Origin: a bacterium
GTDB lineage: Bacteria; Sysuimicrobiota; Sysuimicrobiia; Sysuimicrobiales; Humicultoraceae
Assembly: GCA_031082185.1 (NCBI GenBank)
Contig: JAVHLI010000004.1
Location: forward strand, 11,608-75,607
Direction: 5' to 3'
Length of the DNA: 64,000 nt
The number at the start of each line of letters is the position of its first letter. Within the stretch, counting starts at the first letter, position 1. A program made the position numbers and the translations under genes. The notes beneath the pieces were generated by a model that saw only the letters and a program-made list of their open reading frames with translations, made no database searches and was not told where the DNA came from. Below are positions 18,505 to 27,760 of this stretch, one piece after another.

Positions 18505-18935
18505 CCCCATCTCCCTCCGTCGGGCCCGGTCGCCCCCGCGTCGCGATCCGTCAGGTCCCGGACCAGCGCGCGGATGCGGCCGGCCAGGTCGTCGCGGACC
18601 GTGCGGTAGAACGTGAGATCGCGGCCGGCCGGATTCGGCAGCGGCCAGTGCAGGCTTCGCGCGCCCGGCACCAACGGGCACGCCTCCTCGGCGCACAGGC
18701 CCACCACCAGTTCGACGTCGGGCCCCAGGGCCGCCTGCAGCGGCTTGGGCATGTGGTCGCTGATGTCCACGCCGATCTCGCGCATGACCGTCACGGCCTC
18801 CTCGCGCACGCGCTCCCCGGGGTCCGTGCCCGCGGACCCGGCCCGCCAACCCGCCGGCGTCAGGGCGTTGAACAACCCCTCCGCCATCTGCGAGCGGGCG
18901 GAGTTGTGCACTCAGAGAAACAGGACGCGTGGCAT
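18501..18935 (-). CDS. Thioredoxin-coupled ArsC / LMW-PTP family arsenate reductase with an in-frame TGA at the catalytic Cys codon. It is a candidate selenoprotein or a pseudogene.
   Basis: ATG at 18935 is preceded by GAGGAGGG. The reading is MPRVLFL-TGA(18914..18912)-VHNSARSQMAEG...LCAEEACP, which aligns to the ArsC/LMW-PTP CX5R P-loop and to the Cys82/Cys89 pair. The ORF track only calls the portion after the TGA (GTG start at 18911). Confidence 0.5.
18870..18908 (-). promoter_or_regulatory. GC-rich hairpin immediately 3' of the in-frame UGA (SECIS-like position).
   Basis: On the mRNA: CACAACUCCGCC-(11-nt loop)-GGCGGAGGGGUUG. It starts 4 nt after the UGA. Confidence 0.3.
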
Positions 18936-19036
18936 GACACCCTCCTCACCGCCCCGGAGCAGTCCTGGCCCACCGTGGGCGCCGCCAGGCCCGCGACCAC
19001 GCCCGCGGCCGCCTGTACCGTGTTGGCGGGGCCGCA

Positions 19037-19693
19037 TCACACGTTCAGCTCCCGCAGCTCGCCGGTCACCATGTAGATGACCCGCTCACCGATGTTGGTG
19101 ATATGGTCGGCGGCGCGCTCCAGGTTCTGCGCCACCAGCAGCAGCTCCAGCGCCCGCGGGATGGTCCGGGGATCGCTGAGCATGTACGTCAGCAGCTCTC
19201 TGAAGACCTGGCTGCGCAGGGCGTCCACCTCGTCATCTCGCTTCGCCATGGCCTCGGCCAGGGCCGTATCTCTTCGCAGGTACGCGTCCATGGCCTCTCG
19301 GAGCATCTGCTGCACGAGTTCCTCCATGCGCGGGATGTCAATGAGCGGTTTGAGGTGCGGCTGGCCGGCCAGCCGCTTCACCGACTTGGAGATGCCCTCG
19401 GCGTGGTCGGCCAGCCGCTCCAGGTCGATGGTAATGACGAAGGCGGCCGCGATGGTCCGCAGGTCTGACGCCATGGGCTGCTGCCGGGCCAACAGGCGCA
19501 TGCAGCGGTCCTCCAGCTCCAGGTGCAGCGCGTCGATCCGGTCGTCATCCCGGACGATCCGCTCGGCCCAGTCGGCGTCCAGCGTCCGCAGCGCCTCCAC
19601 CGACGCGTGGATCGCCTCCCCAGCCATCGTCGCCATGCGGACGACGTCGGCCTGGAGCCCCTCCAACTCCCTCAGGAACAGCTCGCGAGTCAA
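19037..19693 (-). CDS. phoU: Phosphate transport system regulator PhoU.
   Basis: 218 aa with two PhoU repeats. Confidence 0.9.
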   Translation of the reverse strand: MTRELFLRELEGLQADVVRMATMAGEAIHASVEALRTLDADWAERIVRDDDRIDALHLELEDRCMRLLARQQPMASDLRTIAAAFVITIDLERLADHAEGISKSVKRLAGQPHLKPLIDIPRMEELVQQMLREAMDAYLRRDTALAEAMAKRDDEVDALRSQVFRELLTYMLSDPRTIPRALELLLVAQNLERAADHITNIGERVIYMVTGELRELNV

Positions 19694-19759
19694 CCTCGGC
19701 TCCCTCCCCCCGATGTTCTGGCCACGCCTGGGAACTCCTGGCAGGGTGCCGGCCCGGGC

Positions 19760-20593
19760 TCACCCGAACCGGCCGGTAATGTAGTCCTCGGTCCGGCGAT
19801 CACCAGGCCGCGTGAAGATCTGGTCCGTGGCACCAACCTCGACCAGCTCGCCGTCCAACAGGAACCCGGTCACATCCGAGACCCGGGCGGCCTGCTGCAT
19901 GTTGTGGGTCACGATGACAATGGTGAGCTGCCGGGCCAGCTCGCGGGCCAGCTCCTCGATGCGCAGCGTGGCTGCCGGGTCCAGGGCCGAGGCCGGCTCG
20001 TCCATCAGCAGTACCTCTGGCGAGACGGCGAGCGCGCGGGCGATGCACAGCCGCTGCTGCTGGCCGCCCGAGAGGCTGGTGCCGGGCCGCCCCAGGCGGT
20101 CCTTCACCTCATCCCACAAGGCCGCGGCGCGCAGGCTGCGCTCCACTGTCTCGTCCAGCACACGCCGGTCCCGCTCGCCGGCCAGCCGCAGCCCGGCCGC
20201 GGCGTTGTCGTAGATGCTCATGGTGGGGAAGGGGTTGGGCTTCTGGAACACCATGCCGACGCGGCGGCGGACCCGGACCGGGTCGACGCCCGGCGCGTAG
20301 ATATCGACGCCGTCCATCAGTACCCTCCCGCTGGAGCGCGCGCCGGGCACCAGCTCGTGCATGCGGTTCAGGCAGCGCAGGAAGGTGGACTTACCGCATC
20401 CCGACGGCCCGATGATGGCCGTCACCCGGCGAGGGGCGATGGTCAGGGAGACGCCACGCAGAACGTGGTGGCGGTCGAACCAGGCGTGGACGCCCTGTGC
20501 CTCGATCCCGGCGGCGTGGTCGATCAAGATCCCGGCGTCCGCCGTCACGGCGACCCCGGCCTGCATGGCGTCTGGCATCGGACCCTCCATCAT
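19760..20593 (-). CDS. pstB: Phosphate ABC transporter ATPase.
   Basis: Walker [10 protein letters not shown], plus LSGGQQQRL and the Walker B. Confidence 0.9.
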   Translation of the reverse strand: MMEGPMPDAMQAGVAVTADAGILIDHAAGIEAQGVHAWFDRHHVLRGVSLTIAPRRVTAIIGPSGCGKSTFLRCLNRMHELVPGARSSGRVLMDGVDIYAPGVDPVRVRRRVGMVFQKPNPFPTMSIYDNAAAGLRLAGERDRRVLDETVERSLRAAALWDEVKDRLGRPGTSLSGGQQQRLCIARALAVSPEVLLMDEPASALDPAATLRIEELARELARQLTIVIVTHNMQQAARVSDVTGFLLDGELVEVGATDQIFTRPGDRRTEDYITGRFG

Positions 20594-20609
20594 CGCAGCA
20601 TTCGCTCCG

Positions 20610-21455
20610 TTACCGAAGTTTCACATGGCGGGCCGCCACCGCCCGGGCGGCGATGTTGACGCTCAGCACAATGGTCATCAGGACCAGGGCGCCGGCCCAC
20701 GCCTGCCGGTGCCAGTCCTCGAAGGGCGAGACGGCGTAGGCGAAGATCTGCAGGGGCAGGGCGGCGATCGGTTGCAGCAGGTCCCAGTTCCAGAACCGGT
20801 TCCCGAACGCGGTGAAGAGCAACGGCGCGGTCTCGCCCGCGATGCGGGCCAGCCCCACCATGATGCCGGTCACGATCCCGCCGGCGGCGGTGGGCAACAC
20901 CACCCGAAGCAGCGTTCGCCACTGGGGGATACCCAGCGCCAGTGACGCCTCGCGAACGCTCTGGGGGACCAGCCGCACTATCTCCTCGGTGGTCCGCATC
21001 ACCGTCGGGATCAGCATGATCCCCAGCGCTACGCCGCCGGAGGCGGCGCTGAAATGGCGCAGGGGCAGCACCAGAATGGTGTAGGCAAACAGGCCCATCA
21101 CGATGCTGGGCACCCCGTTCATCACGTCGGCCATCAGCCGCACGGCACCGGCGAGCCGGCTGTTGGGGCATTCCGCCAGGAACGTCCCGCCCAGCACGCC
21201 GACCGGCATCCCGAGCAGCGCGGCCAGGCCCACCAGCACCAGCGTGCCGGAGATGGCGTTGGCCATCCCGCCGCCGGGCTCGCCGGCGGCCCCGGGCAGG
21301 TGGGTGAAGAATTCCAGGTTCAGGGCGCCCAGGCCGGTGCGGGCCAGGAAGAAGAGGATGAGGAACAGCGGGACCAGCGCGGCCACGGTGCACAGGAATG
21401 TCACCCCGGCCATCAGGCGGTCGGTCCAGCGGCGGCGCAGATAGGAGCGGGCCAT
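20610..21455 (-). CDS. pstA: Phosphate ABC transporter permease PstA.
   Basis: 281 aa, TM-rich, and positioned within the pst operon. Confidence 0.9.
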   Translation of the reverse strand: MARSYLRRRWTDRLMAGVTFLCTVAALVPLFLILFFLARTGLGALNLEFFTHLPGAAGEPGGGMANAISGTLVLVGLAALLGMPVGVLGGTFLAECPNSRLAGAVRLMADVMNGVPSIVMGLFAYTILVLPLRHFSAASGGVALGIMLIPTVMRTTEEIVRLVPQSVREASLALGIPQWRTLLRVVLPTAAGGIVTGIMVGLARIAGETAPLLFTAFGNRFWNWDLLQPIAALPLQIFAYAVSPFEDWHRQAWAGALVLMTIVLSVNIAARAVAARHVKLR

Positions 21456-21458
21456 CGG

Positions 21459-22388
21459 CTACTCCCGAATGAGGCCCGGGCCCCGCGCCACGCGGGCCAC
21501 CAGCAGGCGGGCCAGGATGTTGACCGTCAGCGTGACCAGGAAGAGGACGAGCCCGGCGTAGATGATCGCGGCCACGTACAGGTCGTCGGTGGCCTCGGCG
21601 AACTCGTTGGCGATCACCGCCGCGATGGTGTAGCCCGGCGCGAGAAGCGACGCCCTGATCTGGGGCACGTTGCCGATGACCATGGTGACCGCCATGGTCT
21701 CGCCCAAGGCCCGGGCCAGAGCCAGGAAGATCGCGCCCACGATCCCTGAGCGGGCATACGGGATGACCGCGGTCCGGGTGGTCTCCCAGACGGTAGCTCC
21801 CAGGGAGAGCGCGGCCTCACGCTGCGAAGTCGGCACCGCCCGCATTACCTCGGTGCTGGCGGCGATGATGAAGGGCACGACCATGATCGCCAGGATCAGC
21901 CCGGCGGCCAGCATCCCAATGCCCAGCGGCGGCCCCTCGAACAGCGGCAGGAAGCCCAACGTCGCCTTCAGCGGCGGCGAGAGCGTCGTCCGCACCCAGG
22001 GGACCAGCACAAAGATCCCCCACAGCCCGTAGACCACGCTGGGGATGGCGGCCAGCAGATCGAGCAGGAATCCGACCGGCCGGCGCAGCCAGCCCGGGGC
22101 CAGCTCGGACAGGAAGATGGCGACCCCCAGACCCAGCGGCACGGCCAGGGCCAGCGCGACGGCCGAGGACACCAGCGTGCCGTAGACGAAGGGCAGGGCG
22201 CCGAAGTCGCCGGCGACAGGGTCCCAGGTCGAGGTGGCGAAGAACGCCGGGCCGAACTTCCGGATCGCCGGCCAGGCACCGACGGTCATCGCGGCCAGCA
22301 TGGCGGCCATGATTACCGGCACCACGCCGGCCATCGCTGCCAGCAGCCGCGCGAACAGCCGGTCGCCCATATGCGCGACGTGCCGCAC
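21459..22388 (-). CDS. pstC: Phosphate ABC transporter permease PstC.
   Basis: 309 aa, TM-rich, and positioned within the pst operon. Confidence 0.9.
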   Translation of the reverse strand: MRHVAHMGDRLFARLLAAMAGVVPVIMAAMLAAMTVGAWPAIRKFGPAFFATSTWDPVAGDFGALPFVYGTLVSSAVALALAVPLGLGVAIFLSELAPGWLRRPVGFLLDLLAAIPSVVYGLWGIFVLVPWVRTTLSPPLKATLGFLPLFEGPPLGIGMLAAGLILAIMVVPFIIAASTEVMRAVPTSQREAALSLGATVWETTRTAVIPYARSGIVGAIFLALARALGETMAVTMVIGNVPQIRASLLAPGYTIAAVIANEFAEATDDLYVAAIIYAGLVLFLVTLTVNILARLLVARVARGPGLIRE

Positions 22389-22396
22389 GGGAGCCG

Positions 22397-23455
22397 TCAG
22401 GGCAGCAACGCCTTCCCCTGCGCGGTGACCGTCCGCAGCGTGCCCTCGACGCGCGCCACCAGGCTCTTGGGCAGCTGCGCGTAGTGCAGCGGCGGCGCGT
22501 ACTTCTGGCCGTCATGGACCGCCCACCGCAGGAAGTCCACCAGGGCCTTGCCCTTGACCGGGTCGGGCTGCTCGCCGTAGATCAGGATCCACGTAAACCC
22601 GGCGATGGGGTAGACGTCCCGGCCCTCGGGATCGGTGAAGAAGATCCGGTAGTCCTCGGGGATTGCCCGCAGCGCGCCATCCATCGCCCGGGTGGTGCTG
22701 GACAGCAAGGGCCGGATGAACTGACCCGCGCGGTTGCGCACATTGCCAACGGGCATCCGGTTGGTCAGCACGTAGGCCAGCTCCACGTAGCCCAGCGCGT
22801 TCGGCATCTGCCGCACGAGGCCGGCGACACCCTCGTTGCCCTTGCCGCCGATCCCGACCGGCCAGTTCACCGACGTACCCTCGCCTACCTTCCTCCGCCA
22901 GTCGGGGCTGACCTTGCTCAGGTAGTTCACCCAGATGGCCGTGGTCCCGGACCCGTCCGAGCGGCGCACCACGATGATGTCGGCGGCCGGCAGCTTCGCC
23001 TCGGGGTTGTCCTTGAGCAGCCGGGGATCGTTCCACTTCGTGATCTTGCCCAGGAAGATGTCGGCCAGGACGCCGGGGGCAAAGTTGAGCCCGGTCCCCA
23101 CACCGGGAATGTTGTACATCGGTACCACCGCGCCGGCCACCATGGGGATGTGCAGCGGGCGGCCGCCGGCCTGGCGAATCTGCGCGTCGGTCATCGGGCC
23201 GTCGGTGGCGCCGAAGTCCACGGTCTTCGCGATGAATTGGCGGATCCCGCCGCCCGAGCCGATGGATTGATAGTTGATGCGCACGCCACGCTCGGCATCG
23301 TAGACCTGCGACCACTTGGAGTAGAGCGGGAACGGAAATGTCGCCCCTGCACCGGTGAGCGTCACCGGCTGCTGGGCGGGGGTGGTCCCCGCCGCGCCGA
23401 GCACCACGGCGGCGCTCAGGGCAAGCGCAGCGAACCACGATAGCGGATTCAACAC
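22397..23455 (-). CDS. pstS: Phosphate-binding protein PstS.
   Basis: A signal peptide followed by TLTGAGATFPFPLYSKW. GTG start; AAGGAGG sits upstream. Confidence 0.9.
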   Translation of the reverse strand: MLNPLSWFAALALSAAVVLGAAGTTPAQQPVTLTGAGATFPFPLYSKWSQVYDAERGVRINYQSIGSGGGIRQFIAKTVDFGATDGPMTDAQIRQAGGRPLHIPMVAGAVVPMYNIPGVGTGLNFAPGVLADIFLGKITKWNDPRLLKDNPEAKLPAADIIVVRRSDGSGTTAIWVNYLSKVSPDWRRKVGEGTSVNWPVGIGGKGNEGVAGLVRQMPNALGYVELAYVLTNRMPVGNVRNRAGQFIRPLLSSTTRAMDGALRAIPEDYRIFFTDPEGRDVYPIAGFTWILIYGEQPDPVKGKALVDFLRWAVHDGQKYAPPLHYAQLPKSLVARVEGTLRTVTAQGKALLP

Positions 23456-23588
23456 TGTCCGGCCTCCTTTGGCTTGGGTGGATCCGAGGGGACGCCCGAT
23501 CGGCGCGCTCCCTTCATCCCAACCCTAAACCCGAAAGGTGGTGGACAGGCCAAGGCCAGGTGAACCCTATGTCAAAGGGAGGTGAAAC

Positions 23589-24536
23589 TTACTTGAGGTC
23601 CAGGCGGTATCCGATGCCGCGCACGGCCACGAGCCGCACGCCGCCGCGGGGCTCGACTTTCTTGCGCAGCCAGCCGATGTGAGTATCGAGGGTACGAGAG
23701 TTGCCGAAGTAGTCCTCGCCCCAGACTTCGTGCAGGAGGCGCTCGCGCCGGACCACTTTGCCCTGGTGCCGCAGCAGGAGGTGCAGCAGGCCGAACTCCT
23801 TCGCGGTGAGGGGCACGGGCACGCCGGCCACGGCGGCCTCGTGGCGTTCGGGGTCTACGGCCAGACGGCCGGCCACCAGCGTTAGTTCGACGCCCGCCTG
23901 GACGACAAGGGTCTCCAGGACATTGGCGATGTCCTCGCAGCGGTCGGTGCCGGTCTCAAGCATCTCGCAGATGTCTTTCCACTTGATGATGTCCCTGGCG
24001 CTGCGCCGGCCCGAGAACAGCGCCTCGAGGGCGTCCCGCAGCACGTCGTCGCCCTGGTTCTCCAGGCGGTGCAGCGTCCGTGTGTGGGAGAAGACCTCTC
24101 GCCCGCGGCGCACCTCGCGAATCGCCTGTCTGATCTCCTGCGCCGACCGGAGCATGATCTGTCCCATCTCGCGCGCGGACGGGATCGCCCGCCGGATGCG
24201 ATAGATCGCCAGCCGTGCCGCCGCCGCCTCGATGGCGTCGAGCACGTCGTCGAGAAGCCCGGTCAGGCTCTTTAGCGTGTCACGGTCGCCAGAGGGAATG
24301 CCGGCGGCCGAGAGGGATTCGAAGAGATCGCGCGCAATGGCATCGCCTTTGTGTTCTAGATCCCGAATCGCCTGCCAGGCCTGATCGGCAGGCGTACGGC
24401 TCTCCAGCGCCCCGACGAGCGCCTCGGCGGCATCGAGGATGGCGTGCGTCATCTCCTCGAGAAGGTCGAACTCCCTCTCACGCGGAAGCGGTGCGGCGCG
24501 AGGCGATGGCACCGCGTCGGGTGAAGGATCAACCAT
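23589..24536 (-). CDS. DUF47 (PhoU-like, COG1392) domain fused to an OmpR/PhoB-type winged-helix DNA-binding domain; a one-component regulator.
   Basis: The N-terminal ~200 aa match the DUF47 pattern (EFDLLEEMTHAILDAAEAL...HRLENQGDDVLRDALEALF...KWKDICEMLETGTDRCEDIAN). The C-terminal ~100 aa are a trans_reg_C wHTH (LTAKEFGLLHLLLRHQGKVVRRERLLHEVWG...GIGYRLD). The start is set at Met26. Confidence 0.65.
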   Translation of the reverse strand: MVDPSPDAVPSPRAAPLPREREFDLLEEMTHAILDAAEALVGALESRTPADQAWQAIRDLEHKGDAIARDLFESLSAAGIPSGDRDTLKSLTGLLDDVLDAIEAAAARLAIYRIRRAIPSAREMGQIMLRSAQEIRQAIREVRRGREVFSHTRTLHRLENQGDDVLRDALEALFSGRRSARDIIKWKDICEMLETGTDRCEDIANVLETLVVQAGVELTLVAGRLAVDPERHEAAVAGVPVPLTAKEFGLLHLLLRHQGKVVRRERLLHEVWGEDYFGNSRTLDTHIGWLRKKVEPRGGVRLVAVRGIGYRLDLK

Positions 24537-24666
24537 ACGCACCGAGCATACCACGTCAGGCGCCACCGGGCGCACCGAGCGCTTCGGGGCAGGCGGAGCA
24601 CGCCGAAGCACGGGCGGGCCCGGCGCATATGCGCCGGGCCCGCCACGATCATGTATGTCGCCCGCG

Positions 24667-25758
24667 CTACCGGTACAGCGGCAGCGGGTGGGGCTGAAGC
24701 GCCGAGCCGATCCGCCGCTTCAGCAGGTCGAACACTTCCATGTCGTACTGACCTACAAAGGTAACCGCCTCGCCTGCACGGCCGGCCCTGGCAGTGCGGC
24801 CGATCCTGTGGATGTAGGTATCCACGTCCTCGGGCATGTCGAAGTTAATCACGTGCGAGATGTCGGGAATGTCCAGCCCGCGGGCGGCCACGTTGGTGGC
24901 CACCAGCACCTGGGCCTTGCCCTTTGCGAAAGCGGTCAGCGCGCGCACCCGCGCGCCCTGGGTCATGTCGCCGTGAATCACCTCGGCCGGCTGGCCCCGC
25001 TCGCGCAGGATCTTCGCAAGACGATCGGCACCCCGGCGGGTCCGCCGGAAGACAAGGGCAGAGGGCACCTCGCCGCTGGTCAGCAGCAGCCGCAGCGCCC
25101 GTACTTTGTCCTGTTCGGCCACTTCCAGGTAGTACTGCGTGACCGTATCCACCGTGGGCATCTTGTCGGCAACCCTAACCCACGCCGGGTTGCGCATGTG
25201 CCGCGCCGCGATCGTAGACACCGCATCCGGCAGCGTGGCTGAGAACAGAGCCGTCTGGCGCGCCGCCGGCGTCCGTCTGAGGATCTCCTCGACGTCGGGC
25301 AGGAAACCCATGTCCAGCATCCGGTCGGCCTCGTCCAGAACCAGGAACCGGACGCCGTCGAGCTTCACGGACCCCCGGGAGATGTGGTCGAGCAGGCGGC
25401 CCGGCGTGGCCACTGCCACCTGAACGCCGGCGCGCAGCGCGGTGAGCTGCCGCTCGATGGGCTGCCCGCCGTACAGCGCGGTAACGCGGAGCTTGGGTCC
25501 GCCCAGCGCGCGCACCGCGTCCGCGATTTGCAGGGCCAGCTCGCGGACGGGTGAGAGTATGAGCGCCTGGATCCCTCGGGCGTTACGGTCGAGGCGCTCC
25601 AGCATGGGAATCACATAGGCACCGGTCTTGCCGGAGCCGGTCTGGGCCTGGCCGGCCACATCGTGCCCGGCGGTCAGCCCTGGGATAACCTTCAACTGAA
25701 TGGGGGTGGGTTCGGTCCACCCAAGACGGGCTATCGCCCGGATGGTCTCCGGGCGCAA
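24667..25758 (-). CDS. DEAD-box ATP-dependent RNA helicase.
   Basis: Q-motif PTPIQ, AQTGSGKT, DEAD (VLDEADRMLDMGF), SAT and HRIGRTARAGRAG are all present. The true start is probably upstream of the TTG at 25758. Confidence 0.85.
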   Translation of the reverse strand: MRPETIRAIARLGWTEPTPIQLKVIPGLTAGHDVAGQAQTGSGKTGAYVIPMLERLDRNARGIQALILSPVRELALQIADAVRALGGPKLRVTALYGGQPIERQLTALRAGVQVAVATPGRLLDHISRGSVKLDGVRFLVLDEADRMLDMGFLPDVEEILRRTPAARQTALFSATLPDAVSTIAARHMRNPAWVRVADKMPTVDTVTQYYLEVAEQDKVRALRLLLTSGEVPSALVFRRTRRGADRLAKILRERGQPAEVIHGDMTQGARVRALTAFAKGKAQVLVATNVAARGLDIPDISHVINFDMPEDVDTYIHRIGRTARAGRAGEAVTFVGQYDMEVFDLLKRRIGSALQPHPLPLYR

Positions 25759-25981
25759 TACGAGGCCGCCGAACGCGGTCTCGCGCGTTGAAATGGAAAT
25801 TAGACTTACCTCCTGATTTGACCCGGGGGAAACCCGGGCCGGGTTTGAGCCGGCATCATGCGCGTGCCCACCGGTCCACCCAGCCCTGGTGAGATAAACT
25901 CCGCGGACACATGAAACGGGCGACTCAGCAGTTACATCGCCCGATTCGGAAGACGCAACTATGACGACTGGGGTTACTGTA

Positions 25982-26425
25982 TCACACTACCCGCACGAGT
26001 TCAACCCCGCCCAACTCCAGAACCCGGCGCGCCGCCTCGTCCGGATACTCCCCTGAGAATACCACGCGGCGCAGCCCCGAGTTGAGGATCATCTTGGCGC
26101 AGGTCAGGCACGGCTGGTGGGTAACGTAGATCGCGGCGCCCGCGATGGCGACGCCGTGGTAGGCCGCCTGGATAATGGTGTTCTGCTCGGCGTGCAGGCA
26201 CAGACAGGTGTCATGACCCGTGCCCGGGGGCGTGTCGCCCGCGCACCTCTCGCAGCCGCCGTCGCCGCAGTTGGGCAGCCCCCGGGGAGTGTCGTTGTAG
26301 CCCGTTGACAGAACCATCCGGTCCTTGACCACGACCGCGCCCACCTGGCGGCGCAGGCAGGTGGAGCGGCTGGATGCGAGTTGAGCCATCCGCATGAAGT
26401 ACGTGTCCCACGAAGGTCTGCTCAT
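25982..26425 (-). CDS. dCMP / cytidine-deoxycytidylate deaminase (ComEB-like).
   Basis: HAEQN and the PCLTCAK zinc-binding motifs are present. Confidence 0.85.
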   Translation of the reverse strand: MSRPSWDTYFMRMAQLASSRSTCLRRQVGAVVVKDRMVLSTGYNDTPRGLPNCGDGGCERCAGDTPPGTGHDTCLCLHAEQNTIIQAAYHGVAIAGAAIYVTHQPCLTCAKMILNSGLRRVVFSGEYPDEAARRVLELGGVELVRVV

Positions 26426-26437
26426 TCAGAAGGCCGT

Positions 26438-27760
26438 CTAAAAAGCCGTAAGGTAACTGTCAACTTCCCACGGGTGTACGCGGGTGATGTACTCCCGCCA
26501 CTCCAGTCGCTTGGCCCGTACAAGATGATCTACGATGTGGCTGCCGAGCGTCTCAGTGATGAGCTCGTCGGCCAGGAGTTCCCCCACCGCCTCGTCGAGG
26601 TTGCGGGGAAGCACCCGGATGCCCAACTGATCCAGCTCGTCTTCCGTCATCGCGTAGAGGTTCCGGTTGAGCGGCGGGCCGGCGTCCAGCCCTCTTGTGA
26701 TGCCGTCGAGGCCGGCGGCCAGCATCACCGCCATGGCCAGGTAGGGGTTGCAGGAGGGATCCGGCATGCGCAGCTCCACGCGCGTGCCGTCCCCGCGCGA
26801 CACCGGGACGCGAACCAGCGGCGACCGGTTGCGCTCGGCCCAGGCGATGTAAACCGGTGCCTCGTACCCCGGCACCAGGCGCTTGTAGGAGTTGACCAGG
26901 GGGTTGGTCACCGCGCACATGCCCCGCGCGTGGGTCAGCAGCCCAGCGACGTATTGCAGGCAGGTCGCGCTGAGCTGGTGGGTGCCCTCAGGGTCGTAGA
27001 AGGCGTTCTTCCCCTCGCGGTACAGCGACTGGTGGGTGTGCATCCCCGACCCCGCGATGCCGGTAATGGGCTTCGGCATGAAGGTCGCGTGAAGCCCGTG
27101 GCGCCTGGCGATCGTCCGCACCACCAGGCGGAACGTGGCGATGTTGTCGGCCGCGCGCAGCACGTCGGCGTACTTGAAGTCAATCTCGTGCTGGCCGTTG
27201 GCCACCTCGTGGTGCCCGGCCTCGACCTCGAAGCCCATGGCTGAGAGCGCGGTCACCATGTCTGCCCGCGCCTCTTCACCCTTGTCCACGGGCGCCATGT
27301 CGAAGTAGCCGGCCCGGTCGTGCGTCGTCAGCTTGGGCTGGCCGTCGGCGTCGGTGGGAAAAAGGAAGAACTCGCACTCCGGCCCGGCCATCATGGTGAA
27401 CCCACTGCGCGCGGCAGCGGCGACGACGCGACGCAGCACGGAGCGGGGATCGCCCGCGAACGGCTCCCGCTCGGCGGTATAGACGTCGCAAATCAGGCGC
27501 GCCGTGGCCCCCTCCCGGTTCTTCCACGGAAAGAGCGCGAAAGTCTCGCGATCCGGTATGAGATACATGTCCGACTCCTCTATGCGCACGAAGCCCTCGA
27601 TAGAGGAACCGTCAAACAGGATCTCGTTGTCGAGCGCCCTCTCGAGCTGCTCCACCGGGATCTCCACGTTCTTTAGGGTACCCAGGATGTCCGTGAACTG
27701 CAGGCGGACAAACCTCACACCCCACGCGTGGGCCTGCTCAAGCACCTGTTCTTTCGTCAT
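26438..27760 (-). CDS. glnA: Glutamine synthetase type I.
   Basis: Starts at Met42 (MTKEQVLEQAHAWGVRFVRLQFTDILG) with an AGGAGGAG RBS. GS signatures are present throughout. Confidence 0.9.
   Translation of the reverse strand: MTKEQVLEQAHAWGVRFVRLQFTDILGTLKNVEIPVEQLERALDNEILFDGSSIEGFVRIEESDMYLIPDRETFALFPWKNREGATARLICDVYTAEREPFAGDPRSVLRRVVAAAARSGFTMMAGPECEFFLFPTDADGQPKLTTHDRAGYFDMAPVDKGEEARADMVTALSAMGFEVEAGHHEVANGQHEIDFKYADVLRAADNIATFRLVVRTIARRHGLHATFMPKPITGIAGSGMHTHQSLYREGKNAFYDPEGTHQLSATCLQYVAGLLTHARGMCAVTNPLVNSYKRLVPGYEAPVYIAWAERNRSPLVRVPVSRGDGTRVELRMPDPSCNPYLAMAVMLAAGLDGITRGLDAGPPLNRNLYAMTEDELDQLGIRVLPRNLDEAVGELLADELITETLGSHIVDHLVRAKRLEWREYITRVHPWEVDSYLTAF

Noticed and set aside
17986-18849. 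A 287-aa version of pyrophosphatase.
   Set aside because: The first 115 codons are R/G/P-rich, overlap the upstream ArsC gene, and a GGAGG RBS precedes Met116.
23456-23588. Pho-box-like repeats upstream of pstS.
   Set aside because: I could not find a convincing pair of 7-bp direct repeats with 4-bp spacing by eye. I left it as a to-do under the DUF47-wHTH finding.
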